DNA of 42,541 bases from a virus (lineage: Duplodnaviria > Caudoviricetes), in the IMG/VR virus record IMGVR_UViG_3300048848_000078, positions 1 through 42,541 of that record. One strand, 5' to 3'. The notes beneath the pieces were generated by a model. That model was given only the letters and a program-made list of their open reading frames with translations. It was not told the origin of the DNA and did no database searches. Below are positions 7,396-15,531 of the stretch, piece by piece (position 1 is the stretch's first letter; each line of letters begins with the position of its first letter). A program made the position numbers and the translations under genes.

Positions 7396-7553
7396 TCGAT
7401 CGTCTCTTCGTCGCCCTCACCGTCACCTTCGGGGCACTCGCCCTCGCCCTCACCGCCGCACCCATCGGCGGACTCAACACCATCTGCTCCCTGATCGCCG
7501 CCGGCTCCGCCGCAGCACTCGGAGCACACCGTCTCGGAAGGAGACACCCATGA
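7392..7553 (+). CDS. Small membrane protein
   Basis: GTGA and ATGA overlaps; two hydrophobic stretches (MIDRLFVALTVTFGALALALTAAPIGG...). Confidence 0.55.
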   Translation: MIDRLFVALTVTFGALALALTAAPIGGLNTICSLIAAGSAAALGAHRLGRRHP

Positions 7554-8413
7554 CCACCACGACCACCAGAGACGGTGTCGTGTACGGGATGGCCGATGCG
7601 ATCTACCACTCGGCCGACATGGAGCTCAGCTCCACCCGCGCCAAGGCGATCCTCAAGTCGCCGGCCACCCTGCAGTACGAGCTCACCCACCCGAAGAAGC
7701 CCAAGGCCGAGTTAGACGTCGGCCACGCCGCCCACGCCAAGGTACTCGGCGTCGGTGCCGACGTCGTCGTCATCCCGGAGGACAAGCTGTCCGCGACCGG
7801 GTCGACGAACACGAATGCGGCGAAGGCGTTCATCGAAGACGCCCGATCCAAGGGCCTCGTCCCCATCAAGAAGCAGACCGCCGCCGAAGTTGACGCGATG
7901 GCCGAGGCGGTCCTCGCCAACGCCGAGGCGCGCGAGCTCCTCGAGCAGTTGGGCAACCCGGAAGCGTCGGTGTTCGCCACCGACCCCGACACCGGGGTTC
8001 GCCTCCGGGCCCGGTTCGACTACCTCCCCCACGAGAGCGTCAAGGACCCCTGGTGCATCGACCTGAAGACCATCGGGACGGCCGCCGACGATGAGTCCTT
8101 CTCGAAGCAGGTCGCGAATCTCGGCTACGACGTGCAGCAGGAGCACTACCTCCATACGTACGGCCTCGCCACCGGCGACTTCTCCGCACGCATGAAGTTC
8201 ATCGTCGTCGAGTCCGACCCACCCCACCTCGTCAAGGTCCACGAGCTCTCCAACGAGTTCGGCGAGATCGGCGCCGCCAGAGCCAGAAAGGCCCGGCACC
8301 TCTTCGCCGAGGCCCTCTCGACCGGTGTGTGGCGCGGCTACGAGCCGTCCCCCCTACCTCTCCAACCGCCGCTCTGGCACATCTACGCGAACCAGGAGCT
8401 CCTGCAGTCATGA
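7550..8413 (+). CDS. RecE/exonuclease VIII-like PD-(D/E)XK nuclease (DUF3799-like)
   Basis: YHS...LSST...GHAAHAKVL...EASVF...LRARFDYL...IDLKT...GYDVQQEHY. Confidence 0.88.
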   Translation: MTTTTTRDGVVYGMADAIYHSADMELSSTRAKAILKSPATLQYELTHPKKPKAELDVGHAAHAKVLGVGADVVVIPEDKLSATGSTNTNAAKAFIEDARSKGLVPIKKQTAAEVDAMAEAVLANAEARELLEQLGNPEASVFATDPDTGVRLRARFDYLPHESVKDPWCIDLKTIGTAADDESFSKQVANLGYDVQQEHYLHTYGLATGDFSARMKFIVVESDPPHLVKVHELSNEFGEIGAARARKARHLFAEALSTGVWRGYEPSPLPLQPPLWHIYANQELLQS

Positions 8414-9348
8414 CCATCACCACCCGCAAACCCACCGGCAAGCCGTCCTGGCCCCTCATCCTCGCCGCAGGCGGCGAAGGGTCCGGCAAGTCGTTCCTCG
8501 CCGCCCTCGCCTCCGCCAGCGACCTCATCGACCGCACCCTCTGGTTCGGCTACGGCGAGCAGGACCCCGACGAGTACGGGGCCATCCCCGGCGCCAACTT
8601 CGACATCGTCGAACACGACGGCACCATCCCCGCCCTCAAGAAGCTCATCCGCGAAGTCGCCGCCGAACCCAAGGGGGCCAAGCCGACCCTCATCGTCGTC
8701 GACTCCGGCACGAAGGTGTGGGACGCGATCAGCGAGAACGCCCAGAACGACGCCAACCGTCGAGCGAAGCGTGAAGACGCCACCATCACCGTCGACATCT
8801 GGAACAAGCACAAGGCCCACTGGCGCGCCATCATCGACGCACTCAGAGCCCACGACGGCCCCGCGATCATCACCGCCCGCTACGAGGAGGTCGCAGCGAT
8901 GGGCAAGGACCCGCGCACCGGCAAGACCGGTCCCACCGGCGAGAAGGTGTGGAAGGTCAAGGCCGAGAAGGGCCTCCCGTACGACGTCGACGCCGTCATC
9001 CACATGACCGAGCGCGGCAGCTACACCGTCTCCAAGGTGCGCTCCGTCCGGCTGCAGCTGCAGGAACCGCGCGACTGGCCCGGTTTCACCATCGACGCAT
9101 TCTGGCGGGCCCTCGGCCTCCATGAGCTCGAGACGGGCCGATCCGCCTACGCCACCCCGGTGCAGGACGAAGAACCGGTCGACGAGTCCGGCCGCGACTG
9201 GATCAGTGAGCTCCGCCTCGCAGGGAAGGACAAGGACGCCGTCGCCGCACTCGGAGCCGCAGCACGCGAGGCCGGCGCATCCGCGGAGATCCTCACCGTC
9301 ATTCGCGGAGTCTTCCGCGAGCTCAACACCGAGGCGGTGCCCTCATGA
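8410..9348 (+). CDS. AAA_24/Sak4-like recombination ATPase
   Basis: Walker A GGEGSGKS, Walker B LIVVDS; directly follows the exonuclease. Confidence 0.82.
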   Translation: MTITTRKPTGKPSWPLILAAGGEGSGKSFLAALASASDLIDRTLWFGYGEQDPDEYGAIPGANFDIVEHDGTIPALKKLIREVAAEPKGAKPTLIVVDSGTKVWDAISENAQNDANRRAKREDATITVDIWNKHKAHWRAIIDALRAHDGPAIITARYEEVAAMGKDPRTGKTGPTGEKVWKVKAEKGLPYDVDAVIHMTERGSYTVSKVRSVRLQLQEPRDWPGFTIDAFWRALGLHELETGRSAYATPVQDEEPVDESGRDWISELRLAGKDKDAVAALGAAAREAGASAEILTVIRGVFRELNTEAVPS

Positions 9349-9752
9349 GCGTCGGCGACATCCACACCTTCACCCTCGCCTACCCGCGACCCCCGAAGGG
9401 GCTCCACGCCAACGACCGCGTCCATTGGCGCCGCAAAGCGAAGTCCACCGAGGATATCCGGCAGGAAGTCATGCTCCGCGTCCGCTCACTCCGCCTCGGC
9501 GAACTCCCCGCCTGCGCCGTGCAGGTCGTGTGGGTCGTCGGCGACAAGCGGAAGCGCGACGCGGACAACATCTTCCCCCTCGCGAAGGCCATCTACGACG
9601 GCATCGGCTCCGACCGCGGCACCTCAGCCCGCCTCGTGACCGACGACGACCCGCAGCACATGCGGAAAGACGCACCGGCCATCCGGTACGTCGCAGACGC
9701 CACCGCCCACTTCGTCGTGATGATCACCGAGCTCGAGGAGGTGGAGGTATGA
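9345..9752 (+). CDS. RusA-like Holliday junction resolvase
   Basis: LHANDRVHW...KRDADN...AKAIYDG...VTDDD motifs. Confidence 0.75.
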   Translation: MSVGDIHTFTLAYPRPPKGLHANDRVHWRRKAKSTEDIRQEVMLRVRSLRLGELPACAVQVVWVVGDKRKRDADNIFPLAKAIYDGIGSDRGTSARLVTDDDPQHMRKDAPAIRYVADATAHFVVMITELEEVEV

Positions 9753-10003
9753 CGAGTTCAGTCGTAGTCGATGCCGGAGTAGATCGCCAGATCGCGCACG
9801 GCAGCCTGCAGGTGCTTCAGAACCGTGAGCACGTCGCGATCAACGGTGCCGCTCTTTTCCAACTCTTCGAGCCGGTTGGCGGCCATCGAGAGTTCACCAA
9901 CGATGTCGATGTCGAGATTCGGTCGCCACTGGCGCGAGGCCTTCGAGCCCCTGAAGTCATCACCACTCATGCTCATCCCCGCACTCTATCGGCGGTGGCG
10001 TGA
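9749..10003 (+). CDS. Possible coupling ORF, antisense to the 9758-9976 gene
   Basis: GGAGGT RBS, ATGA overlap with rusA, TGATG overlap with next gene; composition looks like a shadow ORF. Confidence 0.35.
   Translation: MTSSVVVDAGVDRQIAHGSLQVLQNREHVAINGAALFQLFEPVGGHREFTNDVDVEIRSPLARGLRAPEVITTHAHPRTLSAVA
9758..9976 (-). CDS. Small counter-oriented accessory (moron-like) protein
   Basis: 72-aa helical ORF; TAGAGT -10 six nt before ATG 9976; TTGAAC 19 nt further upstream. Confidence 0.6.
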   Translation of the reverse strand: MSMSGDDFRGSKASRQWRPNLDIDIVGELSMAANRLEELEKSGTVDRDVLTVLKHLQAAVRDLAIYSGIDYD

Positions 10004-10149
10004 TGGCGTTCAACCCGACCTGCGACTGTCCTTGGCGCGGCACCCCGACGTTCGACCACTCCGATGCCGTGGCACAGTGCCGAGCGCACTACCTGTCCGA
10101 GCATGCTCTCGCCCCTGACCTCCCCATCCTGGCGGGAGGGCTGTTCTGA
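10003..10149 (+). CDS. Small Cys/His protein
   Basis: MAFNPTCDCPWRG...AHYLSEH; TGATG overlaps at both ends. Confidence 0.55.
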   Translation: MAFNPTCDCPWRGTPTFDHSDAVAQCRAHYLSEHALAPDLPILAGGLF

Positions 10150-10571
10150 TGACCGGTCCCACGACGACGACCCGCAACGGAGTGCTGAAGCGGGACGGCT
10201 ACCGCTGTCAGCGCTGCGGCCGCGTGATCGGCTTCGGCGCGAACCTGCAGCACCGTCGAGCTCGAGCAGCTGGCGGGCGTGGCGCGGGGTCGCCGATCAA
10301 CATGCCCGAGAACCTCATCGCCCTCGACGGCAGCGGCACCACGGGCTGCCACGGGTGGATCACCGAGCACCCCGAAGAGGCCCGCACATTCGGGTGGGAG
10401 GTGTCGTCCAACGCGACCGTCTACGGCCCCGAGGACGTCCCCTTCCTCGGCCGTGACGAGCACGGCGCTGAGCAGTGGTACTGGCTCGAGGGCTTCGACC
10501 GCATCCCCGTACCCGAGGGAACCGCGCTGATGCGCATGGTGTCGCTCGGAATCAGAGAGGACGGCCTGTGA
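10149..10571 (+). CDS. HNH endonuclease
   Basis: RDGYRCQRCG...QHRR...NLIALDGSGTTGCHGWI. Confidence 0.85.
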   Translation: MTGPTTTTRNGVLKRDGYRCQRCGRVIGFGANLQHRRARAAGGRGAGSPINMPENLIALDGSGTTGCHGWITEHPEEARTFGWEVSSNATVYGPEDVPFLGRDEHGAEQWYWLEGFDRIPVPEGTALMRMVSLGIREDGL

Positions 10572-10801
10572 TGGGCGAGGAACCGCTGCCCTGGATGGGG
10601 TCCGCGAACTGCGCATCGGTGGGTGGTGACCCGTTCTTCCCCGAGAAGGGCGACTCCGCGAAACCGGCGAAGAAGATCTGCAAGCCCTGCCCGGTCGCTG
10701 AGCAGTGCCTCGCGTACGCCATGGACCGGGGCATCACCAAGGGCATCTGGGGCGGGCTCACACCGCGGCAGCGCGCACAACTCAGGAAGGAGGCTGCCTG
10801 A
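10571..10801 (+). CDS. whiB: WhiB-family transcription factor
   Basis: W..SANC...FFP...AKKICKPCPVAEQCL..A...GIWGGLT with four Cys. Confidence 0.95.
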   Translation: MGEEPLPWMGSANCASVGGDPFFPEKGDSAKPAKKICKPCPVAEQCLAYAMDRGITKGIWGGLTPRQRAQLRKEAA

Positions 10802-11574
10802 TGGTCTGGCAGAAGATCGACGACCAGTTCGGTGTCTCGAAGAAGGTCATTCGCATCCCGAAGCGTCGCCGCCAGCAGTGCATCGGGCTGTGGACCCTCG
10901 CCGGCAACTACGCCGTGCGGGCCCTCACGGACGGCGTGCTGGAGGAGCACGAACTCGCGGAACTGGAGGCCAGACAGGTCGACATCGACGAGCTCGTGAG
11001 AGTCGGCCTGTGGCACGCCCACGGTCACGACTGCCGCAGCTGCATGCGCGTGAGCAAGGGCGCGATCGTGATTCACGACTTCCTCGCTTACAACCCGTCA
11101 CGCGAGAAAGTCGAGTCCGATCGAGAGGCGGAACGCGTCCGGAAGGCCGCACAACGAGACCGACGCCGGAGTCCCGAAGGGAGTCCCAGCGGGACACCTG
11201 CCGGAAGTGATCCGGTGTCCGAACACCCCGTCCCGTCCCGTCCCAGTCCCGACCCCTCAACTACAGACACACACATCCGTCTAGTCACAGAAACTCCAGC
11301 CGAGGCATCGACTGACGATCGAATGCCTGTGGATAACTCCGCTCACTGGGCCAGTTTCGGGATCACCGACATCGGTGCCGTGCAGCGGGCCATCGTCTCC
11401 GCGATCGGTCACCCCATCAGCGAGCAAGACACCGGGCGCATCGTCGGCTGGATCATGGCGAAAGCCGAGACCTCGGGCACGAAGCCGCGATCCATGCAGG
11501 CATACGTGCTCGGGTCCGTGAAGAAGTCCTGGGCCGAAGTCGAGCAGTACTGGCACGAGGAGGTGGCTTCGTGA
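10801..11574 (+). CDS. RepA-like phage replication initiator
   Basis: W.KIDD...K...GLWTLAG.Y...TDG...IHDFLAYNPSRE pattern of actinophage Rep proteins; repeat-rich internal linker. Confidence 0.75.
   Translation: MVWQKIDDQFGVSKKVIRIPKRRRQQCIGLWTLAGNYAVRALTDGVLEEHELAELEARQVDIDELVRVGLWHAHGHDCRSCMRVSKGAIVIHDFLAYNPSREKVESDREAERVRKAAQRDRRRSPEGSPSGTPAGSDPVSEHPVPSRPSPDPSTTDTHIRLVTETPAEASTDDRMPVDNSAHWASFGITDIGAVQRAIVSAIGHPISEQDTGRIVGWIMAKAETSGTKPRSMQAYVLGSVKKSWAEVEQYWHEEVAS
11170..11336. promoter_or_regulatory. Candidate replication origin inside rep: GTCCC repeats and a DnaA box
   Basis: Clustered GTCCC/GGGAC repeats (CCCGTCCCGTCCCGTCCCAGTCCCG) and TGTGGATAA at 11328-11336. Confidence 0.55.
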
Positions 11575-11882
11575 AGATCGAACTCAAACTCACCCCCGAG
11601 CAGTGGTGGGCGCTCTCCACCGAAGCGGAACACCGCGGCTGCACCGTCACCGACGTCGTCATCTCCGCCTCAGCCCGCACCAACGCCGGCCAGGAAGCCC
11701 GACGCGAATCCGTCGAAGCACTCCACGCCCGCGGACTCTCCGACGCAGCCATCGGGCAGCGCCTCGGAATGACCAACCAGGCCGTGCAGGTGGTCCGCCG
11801 CCGACTCGGCCTACCCGCCAACTCACGCGTTCGGGAACTCGCCCGGCAGCGCACCAACCAGGAAGAGAGCAAAGCATCATGA
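11571..11882 (+). CDS. HTH DNA-binding protein
   Basis: LHARGLSDAAIGQRLGMTNQAVQVVRRRLGLPAN. Confidence 0.8.
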   Translation: MKIELKLTPEQWWALSTEAEHRGCTVTDVVISASARTNAGQEARRESVEALHARGLSDAAIGQRLGMTNQAVQVVRRRLGLPANSRVRELARQRTNQEESKAS

Positions 11883-12103
11883 CCGAAAACGACCCCTACC
11901 TCAACGAGATTTTCGAGAGCCGCGACCCCCGCGATGGCGGCAAGCGCATCCGGGTCATCGAGAAGGCACCTGCGACCCGCTTCTACGAGGCCGGCTACCG
12001 CTACCGCCGAGTCGACGAGTTCGGCCAGTTCGCGGGCCGCGCCAACCGGGTCCACATCACCGCCGCGACGCTCGACAAGAGCTACCGGAAGGTGAGCCGC
12101 TGA
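11879..12103 (+). CDS. Hypothetical protein
   Basis: ATGA-coupled; [15 protein letters not shown]. Confidence 0.65.
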   Translation: MTENDPYLNEIFESRDPRDGGKRIRVIEKAPATRFYEAGYRYRRVDEFGQFAGRANRVHITAATLDKSYRKVSR

Positions 12104-12213
12104 TGACGAAGATCACCTGCAACACCTGCGGCGACTACATCGAAGCCGCCAACGTGATGGACGCCATCGCCTGGGACAACGCCCACCAGATCAAGCACAC
12201 GAAGGAGGCCTGA
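12103..12213 (+). CDS. Small Cys/His protein (36 aa)
   Basis: [10 protein letters not shown]...W.NAHQIKH; carries the RBS of ssb. Confidence 0.55.
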   Translation: MTKITCNTCGDYIEAANVMDAIAWDNAHQIKHTKEA

Positions 12214-12215
12214 CC

Positions 12216-12677
12216 ATGGCCGGAGAAACCATCATCACCGTTGTCGGCAATCTGACCGCCGACCCCGAGCTCCGCTACACGCAGAACGGCCTCGCGGTCG
12301 CGAACTTCACGATCGCGTCCACCCCGCGCATCTTCGACAAGACGAAGAACGAGTACGTCGACGGGGAGGCCCTGTTCCTGCGGGCATCGGTGTGGCGCGA
12401 GTTCGCCGAGCACGTCGCCGCCCTCGACAAGGGAACCCGGGTCATCGTCACGGGGAAGCTGAAGCAGCGCTCCTACGAGACGAAGGAAGGCGAGAAGCGC
12501 ACCTCGATCGAGCTGGAGGTCGACGCCATCGGCCCTGACCTTCGCTACGCCACCGCGCAGGTCACCCGTGCCACATCAGGTGGCCCGTCGCCGCGGCAGG
12601 ACCAGCAGGCGCCGGCCTCGACCGACACGTGGAACCAGGGAGGTGGCAGCTATGGAGAATCTGAAGTCCCGTTCTGA
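12216..12677 (+). CDS. ssb: Single-stranded DNA-binding protein
   Basis: [38 protein letters not shown], acidic tail ending PF. Confidence 0.97.
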   Translation: MAGETIITVVGNLTADPELRYTQNGLAVANFTIASTPRIFDKTKNEYVDGEALFLRASVWREFAEHVAALDKGTRVIVTGKLKQRSYETKEGEKRTSIELEVDAIGPDLRYATAQVTRATSGGPSPRQDQQAPASTDTWNQGGGSYGESEVPF

Positions 12678-13038
12678 ACCAGTCTGCGAGGGCTACTCAG
12701 CGGCGCGACCCATCGACGAAGAGGACTTGCAGGAGGAAGTCTTCTACTGGCTCGCTCGTGGGGCTCAGGACCGGTCAGGCCACAACCTGGACGGGTGGTT
12801 CGCCGAAGCGGCCGGCAGCGAGAAGTGCCTCGCGCTCGGGCACAAGCCCAAGGAAGACGCCCGCGACGAGTTCGACGAGTGGGACGACGACAACCACCCC
12901 TACGGCTGGTTCGGCTTCGTCTGCGCCGAGACCCGATGGGGCCAGGCGTGCACGGTCTGCGAGTCGGACGACTGCTTTGCTCTCTCCACCACAGGCCAGC
13001 TCTGGGAAGCCGTCGCGAAGGCAGGAGCCGACTCGTGA
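12652..13038 (+). CDS. Hypothetical Cys-rich protein
   Basis: GGAGG RBS; acidic; CTVC. Confidence 0.65.
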   Translation: MENLKSRSEPVCEGYSAARPIDEEDLQEEVFYWLARGAQDRSGHNLDGWFAEAAGSEKCLALGHKPKEDARDEFDEWDDDNHPYGWFGFVCAETRWGQACTVCESDDCFALSTTGQLWEAVAKAGADS

Positions 13039-13226
13039 GCGCGTTCCTCGCCCGCTACCCGGGCACCTGCCAGGACTGCGGCGACACCTTCGAAGCCGGC
13101 GAGTTCATCCGCTACGACGATGACGACCAGGTCGTGCACAACCGCTGCCGAATGCTCCGCAAGCCCGCTGAGCTCTGCACCGTCTGCTTCCTCGAGAAGC
13201 CCTGCCCATGCGAGGACGGCCAATGA
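13035..13226 (+). CDS. Small zinc-binding protein
   Basis: FLARYPGTCQDCG...VHNRC...CTVC. Confidence 0.7.
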   Translation: MSAFLARYPGTCQDCGDTFEAGEFIRYDDDDQVVHNRCRMLRKPAELCTVCFLEKPCPCEDGQ

Positions 13227-13357
13227 TCACCAACATCGCCAAGGACCCCGACTGCATCGCGGGCAAACATTCGAACTGCGACGGCACCGGTTGGGACATC
13301 TCGAAAGACGAGCCCGCACCGTGCCCGTGCGAGTGCCACGAGAGGAGCCGCGCATGA
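13223..13357 (+). CDS. Small Cys-rich protein
   Basis: PDCIAGKHSNCDGTGWD...CPCECH; ATGA overlaps. Confidence 0.65.
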   Translation: MITNIAKDPDCIAGKHSNCDGTGWDISKDEPAPCPCECHERSRA

Positions 13358-13503
13358 CCTTCCGAGGCACATTCAACGGCGGCATCCACGCCCACGCCAC
13401 CTACGAGCACGAGACCGTCGGTCGGTGCTGCGCGAAGTGCAAGACGCCCTACAACTGCGGGTCCACCACCTGCACCTGCCACCAGAAGGAGGCCACCAGA
13501 TGA
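13354..13503 (+). CDS. Small Cys-rich protein
   Basis: CCAKCKTPYNCGSTTCTCH; GAGGAG RBS. Confidence 0.6.
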   Translation: MTFRGTFNGGIHAHATYEHETVGRCCAKCKTPYNCGSTTCTCHQKEATR

Positions 13504-14387
13504 CCGACGAAGAACAGAACCCGAACCTCGACATCTGCATCACCGCGAGCATGGACGACTGGCGCACCTGCACCATCAAGGGCGAGCACCGCATCATCTG
13601 CGATGGGTGGCAGATGAACGCCCGCGCCGGCGGATGGGTCGCCTGCACCGGCTGCCTCCCCAAAGAAGCGACCGTCGGCCGCCTGTGCGCCGCCTGCCAC
13701 CGCCGCGTCGAGCTCGCCCTGGTGCAGTGGACCGTCGAGAAAGCCGAAGTCCTGCGGGGCCTCGAGCGGGCCGTCGCGCAGGACAACGGCGGCATCCGCT
13801 CCGCCTCGTCCGGGCACGTGAACCTGCCCGCCCCGTTCCTCGCGTACGAGGAGGTCGAGTCGCACCTGCGCGGCTACCCCGGCCGCCTCGACTACTGGGC
13901 CGCGACACCGAAGGGAGCCGAGGCGGCAGTGAGGTTCGCCCGGGCGGCGACAAGCGCACTGAACGCCCACGAGCTCGAGGAACGCACCCACATCGTGCAG
14001 CACGTCCGCTGCCCCGACTGCGAGCACCTCAACCTCGTCTGGACGCCACCGACCGGTGTGCACTCTCGCGTCACCGTCACCTGCCAGAACAGCGAGTGCG
14101 GCACCGTCCTCACCCAGGACGACGTCGAGCACGCTGTGCTGCTGCAGCAGGGCGTCACCGAACCGGTCGTCGAACCCGCGGGGCCCGTCACCCTCGACCC
14201 GAACGACGCCGAACCGTTCAACCCCGAGTACGTCGAGCACAGCCGGTTCGACATTCTCTCCACGCGACCGCTCGCCGAACTCCAAGCCATCGGCGACGAC
14301 CTCGAAGTCCCCCGCGTCCGCCAGCTGCGGAAGACCGAACTCATCACCGCGATCCGGGAAGCGCAACGCGACGACACAGCAGCCTAA
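13500..14387 (+). CDS. Multi-zinc-finger protein with C-terminal Rho N-terminal-like domain (candidate late regulator)
   Basis: CTGC, LCAACH, CPDC...CQNSEC; C-terminus LSTRPLAELQAIGDDLEVPRVRQLRKTELITAIREAQ. Confidence 0.7.
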   Translation: MTDEEQNPNLDICITASMDDWRTCTIKGEHRIICDGWQMNARAGGWVACTGCLPKEATVGRLCAACHRRVELALVQWTVEKAEVLRGLERAVAQDNGGIRSASSGHVNLPAPFLAYEEVESHLRGYPGRLDYWAATPKGAEAAVRFARAATSALNAHELEERTHIVQHVRCPDCEHLNLVWTPPTGVHSRVTVTCQNSECGTVLTQDDVEHAVLLQQGVTEPVVEPAGPVTLDPNDAEPFNPEYVEHSRFDILSTRPLAELQAIGDDLEVPRVRQLRKTELITAIREAQRDDTAA

Positions 14388-14433
14388 ATTCGCCACTCTC
14401 GATAGAATTTGAGAAGGAGGAACACCAGATGAG

Positions 14434-14964
14434 ATGCCCAATTCAATCACGGGATGGCACTATTGGGGCGGTGCCGAAGACAGCCAGGGTGAGCACGGGA
14501 TCTGCTCCGCTCATTGGTCAGAGATCCGAGCGGCCGTGACAGGTGGCCCTGCGATCATCCGGTCACGTTGTGAGGAGTGCGGTTCGCTGATCGTCGCTCG
14601 GCGCGCCGACCAGATGCAGTGCCAGAACGCCGAGTGCGCCGCAGATGCGGATGCCCTGCGAGTTGAGGAGGCCGCGAAGCGAGAGAAGCGGAGGCCACGC
14701 GAGGTCGTGTACTACGTGGCATTTGGCGGCCGAATCAAGATCGGCACCACCATCGACCTGAAGCAGCGACTCCGAGCCATTCACCACGACCAGTTACTGG
14801 CAGTGGAACCAGGCGGCTACGACATCGAAGGCGAACGGCACCGCCAGTTCGCAAGTGCCCGAGTAGCTGGGCAGCGCGAGTGGTTCGAGCCCTCCGATGA
14901 GCTTCGGGTCCACATCCGGTCAGTGAGAGCCGAGCACGGCAAGCCAGATCGGTGGGTGGCATGA
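14434..14964 (+). CDS. GIY-YIG (T5orf172/MUG113-like) nuclease-domain protein with zinc finger
   Basis: VVYYVAFGGRIKIGTTIDLKQRL...LLAVEPG...E..RHRQF...EWF. Confidence 0.8.
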   Translation: MPNSITGWHYWGGAEDSQGEHGICSAHWSEIRAAVTGGPAIIRSRCEECGSLIVARRADQMQCQNAECAADADALRVEEAAKREKRRPREVVYYVAFGGRIKIGTTIDLKQRLRAIHHDQLLAVEPGGYDIEGERHRQFASARVAGQREWFEPSDELRVHIRSVRAEHGKPDRWVA

Positions 14965-15182
14965 GCAACGGCATCGAGCACGCCAAGCCGTGGCTGAGCG
15001 TGAAGGAAGCGGCTCTACTCATCAACCGAGCCCCATCGAACCTCTACCGGTGGATCTCGAAGGGATACCTGCGCACCTACAAGGGCCCAACCGGTCGTAT
15101 GCAGGTCAAGCGCGACGACCTGCTGCCGGCACAGAACAGGGCAGCCGAGTACGAGACACACGTTCGGAGTGTCGGAGGCTGA
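14961..15182 (+). CDS. HTH_17-type DNA-binding protein
   Basis: WLSVKEAALLINRAPSNLYRWISKGYL. Confidence 0.8.
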   Translation: MSNGIEHAKPWLSVKEAALLINRAPSNLYRWISKGYLRTYKGPTGRMQVKRDDLLPAQNRAAEYETHVRSVGG

Positions 15183-15207
15183 CAGGCCGTGAGATTCGTG
15201 ATAATGT
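15179..15207 (+). promoter_or_regulatory. Candidate late promoter
   Basis: CTGACA-N17-TAATGT with extended -10 TGn. Confidence 0.55.
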
Positions 15208-15237
15208 TCACCTAGTTGGATGGCTACCGCCGTCCCG

Positions 15238-15284
15238 GAAGCCCCAGAGAGATTCCCCCATTCGCTCTCTGGGGCTTCGTTGTT
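15238..15284 (+). terminator. Intrinsic-terminator-like hairpin in the late leader
   Basis: Perfect 14-bp stem GAAGCCCCAGAGAG/CTCTCTGGGGCTTC followed by GTTGTT. Confidence 0.65.
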
Positions 15285-15289
15285 CCCGC

Positions 15290-15364
15290 CGCCGAGTAGA
15301 GCAGTCCGGTAGCTCGCAGGGCTCATAACCCTTGAGGTCGTCAGTTCGAATCTGACCTCGGCAA
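15290..15364 (+). tRNA. Phage tRNA-Met(CAT), initiator-like
   Basis: C1:A72 mismatch (CGCCGAG/CTCGGCA), D arm GAGC/GCTC, GGG-CTCATAA-CCC anticodon arm, T arm GTCAG-TTCGAAT-CTGAC; CCA not encoded. Confidence 0.88.
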
Positions 15365-15531
15365 CTTCCCCCACTTCGCGTCCCACCCACACACACGACA
15401 CAGCGCCGCCCCATGGCCGGCCGAATCCGACAACCGGGTGTGAGACGCGAACTACTCTGCCGTGCACCTCACCCAGTCCGCCTGACCCGCGGCACGGTGA
15501 TCAGAACGGCGACCACGTCGAAGGGGACACG

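Noticed and set aside
11225-11260. GTCCC tandem repeats as CRISPR or phase-variable tract
   Set aside because: No spacers or cas genes; they lie in-frame in the rep linker and fit an origin better.
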